This document shows positions 20,153 through 30,072 of a stretch of DNA of 64,000 bases, piece by piece; within the stretch, counting starts at the first letter, position 1; each line of letters begins with the position of its first letter. A model generated the notes under the pieces. The model was not told where the DNA came from and ran no database searches. It saw nothing but the letters and a program-made list of their open reading frames with translations. Location of the stretch: assembly GCA_019058365.1 (NCBI GenBank), contig JAHPZE010000007.1, positions 32,001 through 96,000 of the forward strand, in the 5' to 3' direction. A program made the translations under genes and the position numbers. Origin of the DNA: Promethearchaeota archaeon. GTDB taxonomy: Archaea > Asgardarchaeota > Lokiarchaeia > Sigyniarchaeales > SOKP01.

Positions 20153-21481
20153 TTATTCAATTAATTGTGTTTTTCCAGTTCCCCAAAGCCCAAGAGCTAC
20201 TCCTAATTCCTTATGTTGTTTAGCAACATCTCTTACATTCTTCCCTTCCATTACAGCATCTATCGCTTGTCTGAATGCTTTCGCTCCGGCGATTGGCCCA
20301 TCAGGATGACTATGGATACCACCACCACTACCAATGAGGATATCTTTACCTGCCTCTTGTATACATTTCTCTACCATTCCTTGTGTAATTCCACCACTTG
20401 GCATCGGTAAAGTTGGTTTAATGTGTTGTAATGGATATCTTAATGCTTTAAGATTCTGTTCATATCTCTCATCCAAAATTTCAGCTTTACCATAGGGAGC
20501 GGGAATTACTACAGAGTCTGCGCCACAAATTCTTGGTAATTTCGCAAAAGTTAACATACTTGTCATTCCTGTCCATTCTCCTCCAAAGTAAGCACCACCA
20601 AAATCCATGTGTCCTAATATTGGGACTTTTATTGAAGGATCTTCTGCTATTTGTCTTAAAGCTTCATAACCCGTTGTTAGGTAATTAATCATTAAAGCAT
20701 TTGCTCCTAATTCGATCATTTTATCAGCGTATTCAAACATTTCAGGGAATTTAGTTGTAATATTAATTGTATATAATGTTTTTTCTCCTTTTTCAGAATC
20801 CGCTCGGTCTACCGCTTCCATTACTTTAACAATTCTGTCTTCAAGAGTATTAAATGAGGGGTTTGAAATTAACTCATCATCTTTTACTACATCACATCCC
20901 CCAACTGCTGCTTTATATACTAAATCAGCTGCAACTTCACATGTATGTCCTGTACAAGGCTTTACCATATTATTTAATAAAGGACGTTCAGGGATATTCA
21001 TTAATTTTCGAATGCCATCAATACCAAACTTAGGACCTTTGAAATCTTCTAACCAACCTTTAGGAAAAGCTAGATCTACTAACTTTAGGCCATGTGTTAT
21101 GCTGATATTTCCAATCACGGTAGTAAATAACATGGGAATGCCCATCCCTTTGATATTCACAATTGGAAAGCCGATTTGAACGAAATATGTTCTTTCTTTA
21201 ATATCCTTGGGGATGATATACTCATACATAGGGAGTTCATACACACCTAATACTCTTGCCACATGATATTTTCTGACTTCTTCTGTCTCTGCAGGAACTC
21301 TAACCCATGTTCCAGTCGACTGTTCAATTGCAGCAAATCTTGATAAATAGTTGACATTTTGACCCTTAGGGCGTTTAATGATATAACTCGCAATAATGTA
21401 TTTTTCTAAATCAATGCCATCTAATCCTATTGCTTCAGGAACATCATAATACTGTTCACAGCTAGGAAAATTTTCTTCCAT
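20153..21481 (-). CDS. RuBisCO-like protein (form IV)
   Basis: EQSTGTW, GPKFGIDG, VVKDDE, SGG, GGGIHSHPDG present; KPCTG and GHMDFGG replace the KPK and HRA motifs of carboxylating RuBisCOs. Confidence 0.85.
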   Translation of the reverse strand: MEENFPSCEQYYDVPEAIGLDGIDLEKYIIASYIIKRPKGQNVNYLSRFAAIEQSTGTWVRVPAETEEVRKYHVARVLGVYELPMYEYIIPKDIKERTYFVQIGFPIVNIKGMGIPMLFTTVIGNISITHGLKLVDLAFPKGWLEDFKGPKFGIDGIRKLMNIPERPLLNNMVKPCTGHTCEVAADLVYKAAVGGCDVVKDDELISNPSFNTLEDRIVKVMEAVDRADSEKGEKTLYTINITTKFPEMFEYADKMIELGANALMINYLTTGYEALRQIAEDPSIKVPILGHMDFGGAYFGGEWTGMTSMLTFAKLPRICGADSVVIPAPYGKAEILDERYEQNLKALRYPLQHIKPTLPMPSGGITQGMVEKCIQEAGKDILIGSGGGIHSHPDGPIAGAKAFRQAIDAVMEGKNVRDVAKQHKELGVALGLWGTGKTQLIE

Positions 21482-21580
21482 ATTCTTCTCACTCTAAATT
21501 ATTAAATATTCTAATGGAAATTAATGTTAATCAATACTAAAGTTTTATGCTTGAAAAAAAAAAGTAAAAAAAAAAATAGA

Positions 21581-22696
21581 TTAGATTTTTGCTTTCGCTT
21601 CAGCTTTCGCTGTTGCTTTAATAGTTGTATAGGAATTTTCCAGAACAGTTAAATATTCAATTAACACTTGGCTTGCTTTTGATTTTTGGTCATATACCTT
21701 CTTAATGATGTTTAAAAGGTATTTAGGAAAAATCAGATCTAAATAAAAATCAGAAAGCAAAGCATAGTATTCATTATTCCTTTCGTCTTGGAACACTTGG
21801 ATCATTTGAGTATCCCACAGTAACTTTAATACATCATCAAGATCGTCAACACCTTTCTTTCTTAATTTCTCAAGATCATTTTTCGTTACAATAGCAGTTC
21901 TTAATAACCGTAGTGTTTCATAAACTTGAGGATTAATAAGAATGTCTATGATTCTAAGATTATCTCCCTCTGTTGGGCGGTAATTTTGGAAAAATTTCTT
22001 AACTTCTATTCTGTAATCATCTGAAAGTTGAGAAGGTAGACCACGGCTTGATGGATCACCCAGAATTTTTACAGGAGGAACTCTTAAGGCTACGACATCT
22101 TGTATTAAAAATATAAGTTCTGATGGCATACCCTTTACTGAAGTTTCTTTTACAATTTCTCGTTTGACTAGTTCTATTAATACACCTTCTAAATCTACGA
22201 AGCCTTGTTTATATTGATCTTTAAGCCATACCATCAATTCAGATTTGGAAACTACACCTTCATCTCTTAAACGATTGATGATTAGCCGTTTGATTTCATC
22301 TTGATATGTTATTGCAAGGCGTTGTTCATTATTGAGAGTGGGATAAACGGATAGTCTTCTAAAAAGATTGGGGATCATTTCTACATAAGTATCGTCTCTA
22401 ATATTTTGCAATATTATTCGAGAAATATCAATTAAGCCTCCCTCATAAGAATCTGGATCATCATCTAAACTTAAAAGCAAAAGAATGTAGAATCCTTTAT
22501 CAGGTCCAGTGTAATAAGAGGCAATATTTAAAGATCCAATCATTAAGCTAATCATTCCAGATTCGCCGCTATATTCATGAGTGCTGTAAACTTGCATCAA
22601 TGTTTTATCAGTTATATTAATTTCTTCAGGATATTTAGCTAAAATTTCAGTACCTACTCTTTCATCCCATCTCATTACTACTAATCCGACTGGCAT
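21581..22696 (-). CDS. Conserved hypothetical protein; possible N-terminal longin/uDENN-like domain followed by winged-helix-like segments
   Basis: N-terminus 'GLVVMRWDERVGTEILAKYP' resembles the uDENN/longin start motif; start codon overlaps the stop of the upstream surface protein (TAATG). Confidence 0.55.
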   Translation of the reverse strand: MPVGLVVMRWDERVGTEILAKYPEEINITDKTLMQVYSTHEYSGESGMISLMIGSLNIASYYTGPDKGFYILLLLSLDDDPDSYEGGLIDISRIILQNIRDDTYVEMIPNLFRRLSVYPTLNNEQRLAITYQDEIKRLIINRLRDEGVVSKSELMVWLKDQYKQGFVDLEGVLIELVKREIVKETSVKGMPSELIFLIQDVVALRVPPVKILGDPSSRGLPSQLSDDYRIEVKKFFQNYRPTEGDNLRIIDILINPQVYETLRLLRTAIVTKNDLEKLRKKGVDDLDDVLKLLWDTQMIQVFQDERNNEYYALLSDFYLDLIFPKYLLNIIKKVYDQKSKASQVLIEYLTVLENSYTTIKATAKAEAKAKI

Positions 22697-25600
22697 TAAT
22701 CAGCACCTCCATTTGGTTCATCTAATTCTTCTTCTGGTTCGAAATGCTCTTCTTCTTTCTTTTCTTCTGGTTCGAAATGCTCTTCTTCTTTCACTTTACG
22801 TAATTTCTTCGGCTTTTCTTCTTTCATTTCGGGTAATTTCTTTTTCTTACCTTTTAATCCCATGGAATCTCTTAAAGATAATCCAATATTTTCCCACTTA
22901 TCTCCGAGCATCTTTACTATGTATTCTTCTTTTGTTGGGTATAATAATGACTCTGAAATTATTTTGTTTCCTTTGATGTCTTTTTTCATGCTTTTCGCTT
23001 TTTTGACAAATGTGGGGATTCTGCGTTGTTGAATTACTCTATATGAAACAAGACTACCTGCTACAGCCGCAATCGCGCCCACTATTATTAAGAAATAAAA
23101 AGTAGGTACTCCAGGAAAAATTTCTGCTATTGACACCACAACAGTAAAATCATGAGTTTCAGAAGTAAAATTCGCTTTTTCAATAGTAAGTGTAGCTATA
23201 AAGGTTTCAGGCATAAAAAACGGTTCAGCTATTGGAAATGTATTAACTGAATAAGTACCGTCACCATTATCAATAATGAAATTACTATCGGTAGTATAAA
23301 CAATGCCTCTTATAGTGAGCGTTAAATATGCTCCAATAACTGGAACCGAGCTATTATTAGGATCAGTGAGTGTTATTAGAAATTGTACAGTTCCTCCGGA
23401 AGCTAAATGAATTATAGTACCCACAGAAAACAGCTGATCAAACTCCCTTTTATTAATAGTTAGAGAGATTATTGCTACTCTAAAATCATAATTATCCTTA
23501 TTTAATGTAACTACAATGGAATATTCTCCTGCTTGAAGGGTTTCTGTGTTGAGATCTAAAATATATTGATGCCCAGCAGTTTCGTGTAAGAATCCAGTAA
23601 TTGCACTACCTAGAATTGGATTTCCATTCGCATCAAGTTTGACCATTATAAAACTCTTCTCATCAGCATTCTCTATAATCTTGGAAGTTAGAAAGTCAGT
23701 AAACTGGAATGTGAAGTTGAGAGGATCTAAGACATACAATTTTTGGCTTATATATAAAACATCTTCGTTTGAATTCAATGATGTTAACCGATTAATAATA
23801 TTTATAATGAGACTAGGACTTGGTACCCCATTACTAAAGTTTTGTTTCACTGCTAATATATTGATTGTATAAGTACCAATATCAGTTACATTACCCGTAT
23901 TAAAGAAAAATGAATAATATCCCGGACCTTTTATGACATCTGATTTTATTTGACCCGATCCAAAAGCCCAACTATATGAGACATCTGCATTCGTGATCGG
24001 AGCACTAGAAATCAATTCTGTAAAATAAAATGTTATTCCAAACGTTTCATTCCAATATTCTGTCAAGGTGTATGATGGAAATTCATTACCTGTGGTATAA
24101 TCATGAATAGTTAACGTTGTTAATACCAACTTTACTTTAAAGGGAATCTGAAGTGGACTTGGTGGTGTATATGGCGTCGGAGTAGTTTTACTAGCGTAGA
24201 TATAAATATGATACGACTCGCCTCCTATGAATGAAAATTGTGAAGTATTGAAAGTATAGCTGTAGACACCTTTAGAAGTATTAAAGCCAATCAAGTTAAT
24301 CGATGATCCCAAAGCGTGTAAAGATTCATCACGAAATTGGAGGTATATTGTAGTGGGATTTGCTAATACTGGAGTTTGGCTTTGATACTGAGTTGTAAAA
24401 TTAAAACTAATTGTAACATTGTCCCTCCAATAGATACCTGTTGTAAAATTTGAGGGATTTTGAGATATCAGCGTTAAATAAGTTTGGTAATCTGTAACAA
24501 TATATTCAACAATAAGAGAACTTTGTACAACCTGAGAAGTATAGTTTTCTTTGTCAAATGTTACTGTTATTGTATATGTCCCATCTGGTAAACTAGCTGT
24601 ATCAAAACCTATAAGATAATATACTTCGTTGAGTGAATCATATCCAAGAGATCCACTACCGGATGCTGTGCCATTGTAAGAATATGATTGCGTATCCAAA
24701 TTAGTAATGGATGTACTTGTTAAATCATCCATATAAAAATATGTTAAATTCAATATTTCTCCGATTTTAATAGTAAAAATTTCAGTACTATTAACAGATG
24801 TTGGGCGATCTTCAATTGTTAATGAAATTACAGCAGATCTTATTTCATAATTAATTTTATCTAAAGTTATAAATACAAAGTAATTTCCAAGTTGCATATT
24901 CTCTGTATTAAGGTCTAATATATATCTATGATCAACAGTTTCGTTCAATGAACCAACTTTATATGCTCCTGGTATAGGATTTCCAGATCCATCAAGTTTT
25001 TGCCAATTATAACTTGCTTCATCTGGATTTGAAATTCGAGTGGATGTTAAAACATCAGTATAATTAAATTCAAAATATTGTGTTTCTAAAGCATATACAC
25101 TTTCACTAAGAAAAATCATAGTCTTGGTACCATTCATTTCTGTTGGCCTTAAAAGGATAGTAAGATAAATACTAAAAGCATCAATTTTAGTATAATTTTC
25201 AAGAGCAGCAGAGATATCAATTCTATAAGTTCCTACAGTGGGGGTATCCGCAGTATTAAGTTCAAATGTATAATATCCGGGATTTATTGGATCTGGATTT
25301 ATAGGACCAGAACCATAGTCCCAATCATAAGCAACTCTATTAGTCGTAAGAGAACTCTTTGTGTTATTATCAAAATATTTAACAGTTATGTTGATGACTT
25401 CATTGTAGTACTGCGATATTTTATTCGTTGTTAACTCAATAAGCGTTGTATAATTATGAAAACTGATTCCAGTTGGTTTTGTGTTTATTGTAATAAGAGA
25501 GTATATTGGTGCTGGATCAATATACCCTAGTTTACTTCCTCTAATTTCAATCCAGTAATCTTCACCACTATCTCCCGCTGAGAATTCACTTGAATTAATA

Positions 25601-28308
25601 GTAGTTGTAAAAATTCCATCTCCAATCCCTTTACTCATGTCATAAGATTTAATCCCTCCTACACGAAGAAAAATTTCATCAGGATCATTTAATCCATTCC
25701 ACCCGACACCACCATTTGTTGTAATGGTATAATTAACACTAAAAGTCATATTTTCACCCCAAGTTACAACCGAATCTCCTGTAAAATCAATAAACATTGA
25801 ATCATAATCATCGATATCTATTTGAACTTTAAACACAAGTGTAGTATTAGATGTTAAAGAATAATTGTAGTGATCAACGAAACCAACAGGTTTCCATTTA
25901 TCTGACATATTTACTACAAAGTTTTTATCAACGCCATAAAAATTTACGATAAATGTATAATTTTCTGACGGATTTCTTAAATACCAGAATTCTGACTCAC
26001 TATTTATCTGTCCATGTGCATAACCATTACTATCAGTTAATAGGTTGGCAATTGTATATCCAGTAGAATTCTTTACTGTCACAATACAAGATTGGATAGG
26101 TACAATTGCAGGCTTTTGGTCAATAGTTCGGATTTCCAATTTAGCTAATGATGTTTTATTATATATATTGCATGCTTCGAGGGTGTCTACTTGAATTGTA
26201 CCATTACAAGGAGTTTGAGTTGTAATATTAAAACCTCGAACATCAATAAACAACCCATAAGCCTTAAAATTATCATCTTTTAGAGCATTGCTTTCTAAAG
26301 GTGGTGTTCTTATATTTATCTCAATAAAATCTTGTTGACCTCCATAATATGAATTATTGAAATAAATAAGATGATCTTCGCTAAATTGACCATCTTTATC
26401 TAAGTAATAGATTTTGACAGTATCAAGAAAATCTGTCATTTTTTCCAATGTAATATTAGCTTTAAGCAACAGTTTATTTCCAACTTCTGTACTTGATCCA
26501 TTTGTATAAATATACTCTTGAACGTGATATTCACTTCCAGTTAATATATTTGATTGATTTACCCATATTATATGGTTATAAAATTTTCCCTCAAGTATGT
26601 AATTATTTCTATATACATAACTTTCATTCAATGGAATTGGAATGTCATTGTAATCTCTATTATCATACCAAATTTTATAATAATATTGTGTATCATTTTT
26701 CCAACGAAAAGTCGCCTTTCCATCGTTGAGTCTTAGTGATTCTAACACTTCTCCTGACGGGGTTTCACTAACATTAACATATGCATAATTAACAGGATCT
26801 CCATCCCAATCTATAATGTCAAAATCTATTGTCCATAGATTTAATGTAATATCTTCACTTTGGGTAAGTCTTGTAAAATTATATATATCATTATTTACAG
26901 AGTTATTATAAACAACCATTTCTTTTCCAGAAGTACTTAACGTATAATTAACAGTGATATTGTAAGGTCCTGGTTCTAAATCGTTAAACATTACAGATCC
27001 ATTTAAACCTGTTGTTTTATAATTTAAAATGGTACCAGTAGTATAATTTCTTAAATAAACTACTGCATTTGGTACAATTCTTCCATCAACATCGTATGTA
27101 GTAATAGTAACATCTGAAAATTGAGATTCTTCCTCTTGTAACTCAGTTGTTATATCAGTATAATTGTATAAACCATCAATTTCATTAAGTGTAAGTGCAT
27201 AATCGTAAAATCTAATATCATCAATTTGTCCTGAAAAATATCCCCCAGTTTCAGTTGGACAACATTCTCTATAGGCTATACCTACACCACCAGAGTCTGC
27301 ATTAATAGTTCCAGTAGGATTTGTAGAATCTTTTAAATCTCCATCCACATACATTATTTTCGCTGCTAAAGACCTGTCATAAGTACCTATAAATAGATGC
27401 CAATTTTGAGGATCTGGTACACTATATTGGGAGCCATATCGCCAACCAGTATCATAAATGATAAAAGCCATATTTCTGGTATTATAACCAGAAGTTCCTA
27501 ATATATAAGCACTGTATTTACTTACTATTTGCCAAACACCCCCATAACCAGTAGTCAGATCTGATTTTACCCAGGCTGATACGGTTATCGCATTCGTTGG
27601 ATTTATATTTGGAAGATTAACACGCTCACCCTGACCTCCTTCCGGACCATCAAAATTAAGGCAATAATCTCCCATTTTTCCGGTTACCCAATCACTGGAT
27701 TCCATTAAATAGAGATCTCCATCGGCATAATTACCCATTGAATCTGAAACCTTAATCCCAGTACCTTCATCAAATCTGTACCATGCTAAACCGAAACGAT
27801 TATCTTTATTATAATAGTCTATATCATGCTCAACATCTTTATTGCCATAATAGAGGTATGTATCATATTCAGATTGACCTGATGAGCAATTCGTTTCGAA
27901 CCATATAGTAGCAAAATCCCCTTTAGGATAATCTTTTTGAACAAAATACTCTCTTAGAATCCCGTTTTCCACGATTCTTACATCTTTTAAGCTAGAATTC
28001 ATTTTTCCTTCATCAACAAATCCAGAATAATTAAATTCTATTGAAACAATATAATCAGTTAAATCTTCAGCTTTAGGATTGGTAATGTTTATTAATCTTC
28101 TATATAGAAAAGTTATGTTCCACCAAGGATCTTCACCTATTAATGCAGGGTTTATCTGTTGTGAATCTTTCGACTCAGCTGTTTTATCAAGTTCATTTTT
28201 GATATTAAAAATGTTAGCTAATTGACTGGTAGCTAATGGAAGGACTATAAAAACCGCTAATAGAAGAATTAAAATTTTAATTCTTTTTTCTTTAGTATAT
28301 GTTTGCAT
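22696..28308 (-). CDS. 1870-aa cell-surface glycoprotein: signal anchor, DUF2341-like, LamG/ConA-like, multiple Ig-like repeats, C-terminal TM helix and charged cytoplasmic tail
   Basis: N-terminal hydrophobic helix; 'WWNITFLYRRLINI...TYLYYGN'; LamG 'WYRFDEG...ITVSAWVK...WHLFIGTY...FSGQIDDIRFYDYAL'; many N-x-T/S sequons; TM 'FYFLIIVGAIAAVAGSLVSY'. Confidence 0.85.
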   Translation of the reverse strand: MQTYTKEKRIKILILLLAVFIVLPLATSQLANIFNIKNELDKTAESKDSQQINPALIGEDPWWNITFLYRRLINITNPKAEDLTDYIVSIEFNYSGFVDEGKMNSSLKDVRIVENGILREYFVQKDYPKGDFATIWFETNCSSGQSEYDTYLYYGNKDVEHDIDYYNKDNRFGLAWYRFDEGTGIKVSDSMGNYADGDLYLMESSDWVTGKMGDYCLNFDGPEGGQGERVNLPNINPTNAITVSAWVKSDLTTGYGGVWQIVSKYSAYILGTSGYNTRNMAFIIYDTGWRYGSQYSVPDPQNWHLFIGTYDRSLAAKIMYVDGDLKDSTNPTGTINADSGGVGIAYRECCPTETGGYFSGQIDDIRFYDYALTLNEIDGLYNYTDITTELQEEESQFSDVTITTYDVDGRIVPNAVVYLRNYTTGTILNYKTTGLNGSVMFNDLEPGPYNITVNYTLSTSGKEMVVYNNSVNNDIYNFTRLTQSEDITLNLWTIDFDIIDWDGDPVNYAYVNVSETPSGEVLESLRLNDGKATFRWKNDTQYYYKIWYDNRDYNDIPIPLNESYVYRNNYILEGKFYNHIIWVNQSNILTGSEYHVQEYIYTNGSSTEVGNKLLLKANITLEKMTDFLDTVKIYYLDKDGQFSEDHLIYFNNSYYGGQQDFIEINIRTPPLESNALKDDNFKAYGLFIDVRGFNITTQTPCNGTIQVDTLEACNIYNKTSLAKLEIRTIDQKPAIVPIQSCIVTVKNSTGYTIANLLTDSNGYAHGQINSESEFWYLRNPSENYTFIVNFYGVDKNFVVNMSDKWKPVGFVDHYNYSLTSNTTLVFKVQIDIDDYDSMFIDFTGDSVVTWGENMTFSVNYTITTNGGVGWNGLNDPDEIFLRVGGIKSYDMSKGIGDGIFTTTINSSEFSAGDSGEDYWIEIRGSKLGYIDPAPIYSLITINTKPTGISFHNYTTLIELTTNKISQYYNEVINITVKYFDNNTKSSLTTNRVAYDWDYGSGPINPDPINPGYYTFELNTADTPTVGTYRIDISAALENYTKIDAFSIYLTILLRPTEMNGTKTMIFLSESVYALETQYFEFNYTDVLTSTRISNPDEASYNWQKLDGSGNPIPGAYKVGSLNETVDHRYILDLNTENMQLGNYFVFITLDKINYEIRSAVISLTIEDRPTSVNSTEIFTIKIGEILNLTYFYMDDLTSTSITNLDTQSYSYNGTASGSGSLGYDSLNEVYYLIGFDTASLPDGTYTITVTFDKENYTSQVVQSSLIVEYIVTDYQTYLTLISQNPSNFTTGIYWRDNVTISFNFTTQYQSQTPVLANPTTIYLQFRDESLHALGSSINLIGFNTSKGVYSYTFNTSQFSFIGGESYHIYIYASKTTPTPYTPPSPLQIPFKVKLVLTTLTIHDYTTGNEFPSYTLTEYWNETFGITFYFTELISSAPITNADVSYSWAFGSGQIKSDVIKGPGYYSFFFNTGNVTDIGTYTINILAVKQNFSNGVPSPSLIINIINRLTSLNSNEDVLYISQKLYVLDPLNFTFQFTDFLTSKIIENADEKSFIMVKLDANGNPILGSAITGFLHETAGHQYILDLNTETLQAGEYSIVVTLNKDNYDFRVAIISLTINKREFDQLFSVGTIIHLASGGTVQFLITLTDPNNSSVPVIGAYLTLTIRGIVYTTDSNFIIDNGDGTYSVNTFPIAEPFFMPETFIATLTIEKANFTSETHDFTVVVSIAEIFPGVPTFYFLIIVGAIAAVAGSLVSYRVIQQRRIPTFVKKAKSMKKDIKGNKIISESLLYPTKEEYIVKMLGDKWENIGLSLRDSMGLKGKKKKLPEMKEEKPKKLRKVKEEEHFEPEEKKEEEHFEPEEELDEPNGGAD
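22729..22792. repeat. 33-bp-period tandem duplication encoding KEEEHFEPEE x2
   Basis: TTCTTCTGGTTCGAAATGCTCTTCTTCTTTC at 22729 and 22762. Confidence 0.9.
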
Positions 28309-28762
28309 TTTTAATTCCTTTTTTTATTTTTATTAAATAAATTTTAAAAAAATGTTTTAAAAAAAACAGATTTTTATCATTTAATATGTAAATTTTACTA
28401 TTTAACTTTTTATAAATAGAAAACTAGTTGAAAAATCTTTGACTCTTTTATAACAAAAAACTAATTAAAATCTATTTTATGTATATCTGAATTTTTTTTT
28501 ACCAATTTTAACTTATTTTGTTAGAAAAATTTATCTTAATTTCGGATAAAGAAATAAGTTTAAATCCTGCATTATAATCATTTTTGGAATAACCTAGAAT
28601 ATACATATTAAATTCAAACATTTATTTAATTCATCATTTTCAAAGTTAAAACAGTTAAAATAATTGTCCCTTTTATCCCTCATACTTATCAATTTCTAAA
28701 AGGTTAAATATTTAAATTTAGATTGAAGAATTAAAGAAAAATATGGAATTTAAATTGCTTTT

Positions 28763-29398
28763 TTATTCCTCCTTATTTAATAAAAGATAAATCTTCCTTT
28801 TCTTTTGGCTTTTTGGGTTATCTATTATGAAGTTTCCCTTAAAATCTGTATTATCTGCAATTATTTTGCCAATTTTTTCCATAATCTCTTGGTTTTTGGG
28901 ATAAAATTGAACTATTACTCGGGAATTGGGTTTTAAAATCTGAAAAAAGGATTTAAATAGATTCTTTAACAAATAAAGCATATAATTATCATGAATATCT
29001 CTATAAATCCATTGTAATGCCGAAATAGAAATAATTGCATCAAAGATGTTTGATTTAAAAGGGGGAAAACACATATCTGTAATAATTGGGTTTAAATCTT
29101 TAATATCATAATAATTTAGGAATTCAGATATAATATCAAGTGCTACAGTTCTATATCCTATTTCTCTTAAAAACATTGCAGCAAATCCTGGACCACAACC
29201 CGCATCTAAAATTAAAGCATCTTTTTTCTGAAGTTCTAATAATTCTAAAGCTCTAATAGCTATGTTTTCTTGAATTCTCATCATACTTTTAGAGGCTGCA
29301 TATTGATTTAAGATTTCACCCCTAAAATAATCTGAAACTTTAGTATAGATTTCTTCTGGCCTCTTCCTTTTAACATTGAAATAATATTTTTCGTTCAA
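28763..29398 (-). CDS. Bud23/WBSCR22-like SSU rRNA (guanine-N7) methyltransferase
   Basis: RPEE, IQ...RALELL, LDAGCGPG, FDAIISISALQW, QFYP, IDNPKSQKKRKIYL all match Bud23 family motifs. Confidence 0.8.
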   Translation of the reverse strand: MNEKYYFNVKRKRPEEIYTKVSDYFRGEILNQYAASKSMMRIQENIAIRALELLELQKKDALILDAGCGPGFAAMFLREIGYRTVALDIISEFLNYYDIKDLNPIITDMCFPPFKSNIFDAIISISALQWIYRDIHDNYMLYLLKNLFKSFFQILKPNSRVIVQFYPKNQEIMEKIGKIIADNTDFKGNFIIDNPKSQKKRKIYLLLNKEE

Positions 29399-29553
29399 AT
29401 CTCATTAAACTTAAAGATTTTAATCAGATATTCAATATTGAAAAATTAACGTAAATTTTCAATAATAAATCAAAAATTTTATTAAATTTTAAATATTTAT
29501 AATTTCAATTAGATAATATTTTCTATATTATAATTAATATATTGTGATTTTCG

Positions 29554-29856
29554 GTGTCGGAAAAAGAAGAAAAACAAATAATAAGAAAAGCTACCCTGAA
29601 TCTTAGAAGAAAGTATGGAAGGACAAAACAAATTAATATTGTTGAGAGAGATGCATTTATCCCTAAAAACCTTGAGAAAGAAATAAAAGAATCAATCCTG
29701 AAAAGAAAAACAGTTTTAGCAACGGATATCGCATTAAGATATGATATAAGAGTATCAACGATAAAGTTATTGTTAAAACAATATGAAGAAGAAGGATTAA
29801 TAAGAGTACTAAACCCCTCCTTAAAATTAAAAATTTATGTGCCTTCATCGAAATAA
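29554..29856 (+). CDS. rps25e: Ribosomal protein eS25
   Basis: Basic ~100-aa winged-helix protein 'IALRYDIRVSTIKLLLKQYEEEGLIR...KIYVP'. Confidence 0.75.
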   Translation: MSEKEEKQIIRKATLNLRRKYGRTKQINIVERDAFIPKNLEKEIKESILKRKTVLATDIALRYDIRVSTIKLLLKQYEEEGLIRVLNPSLKLKIYVPSSK

Positions 29857-29952
29857 GTTTCCCTAATTTTAAAGGGGGAAATAATTTTATTTATAAAAGG
29901 TTTTAAGCTATATAGAAAAACTTTTTTATTATTTTTTGATATAATAGATAAA

Positions 29953-30057
29953 GCAGCTGTAGCCTAGATGGTAAGACGCCGGCCTCGAGCGTTCTTAAAT
30001 ATGATCAAGAAAGCCGGTGCGCATAAGCGCTCGAGGGTTCGAATCCCTCCAGCTGCG
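29953..30057 (+). tRNA. tRNA-Ser(CGA) with 22-nt intron at 37/38 (29990-30011)
   Basis: Acceptor GCAGCTG/CAGCTGC + G73; anticodon stem CCGGC/GCCGG with CGA at 29986-29988; long variable arm GCGC-ATAA-GCGC; T arm GAGGG-TTCGAAT-CCCTC. Confidence 0.9.
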
Positions 30058-30072
30058 TTTCTTATTACACTT

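Noticed and set aside
29953-30057. tRNA-Sec
   Set aside because: Anticodon is CGA, with a standard 7-bp acceptor and 5-bp T stem
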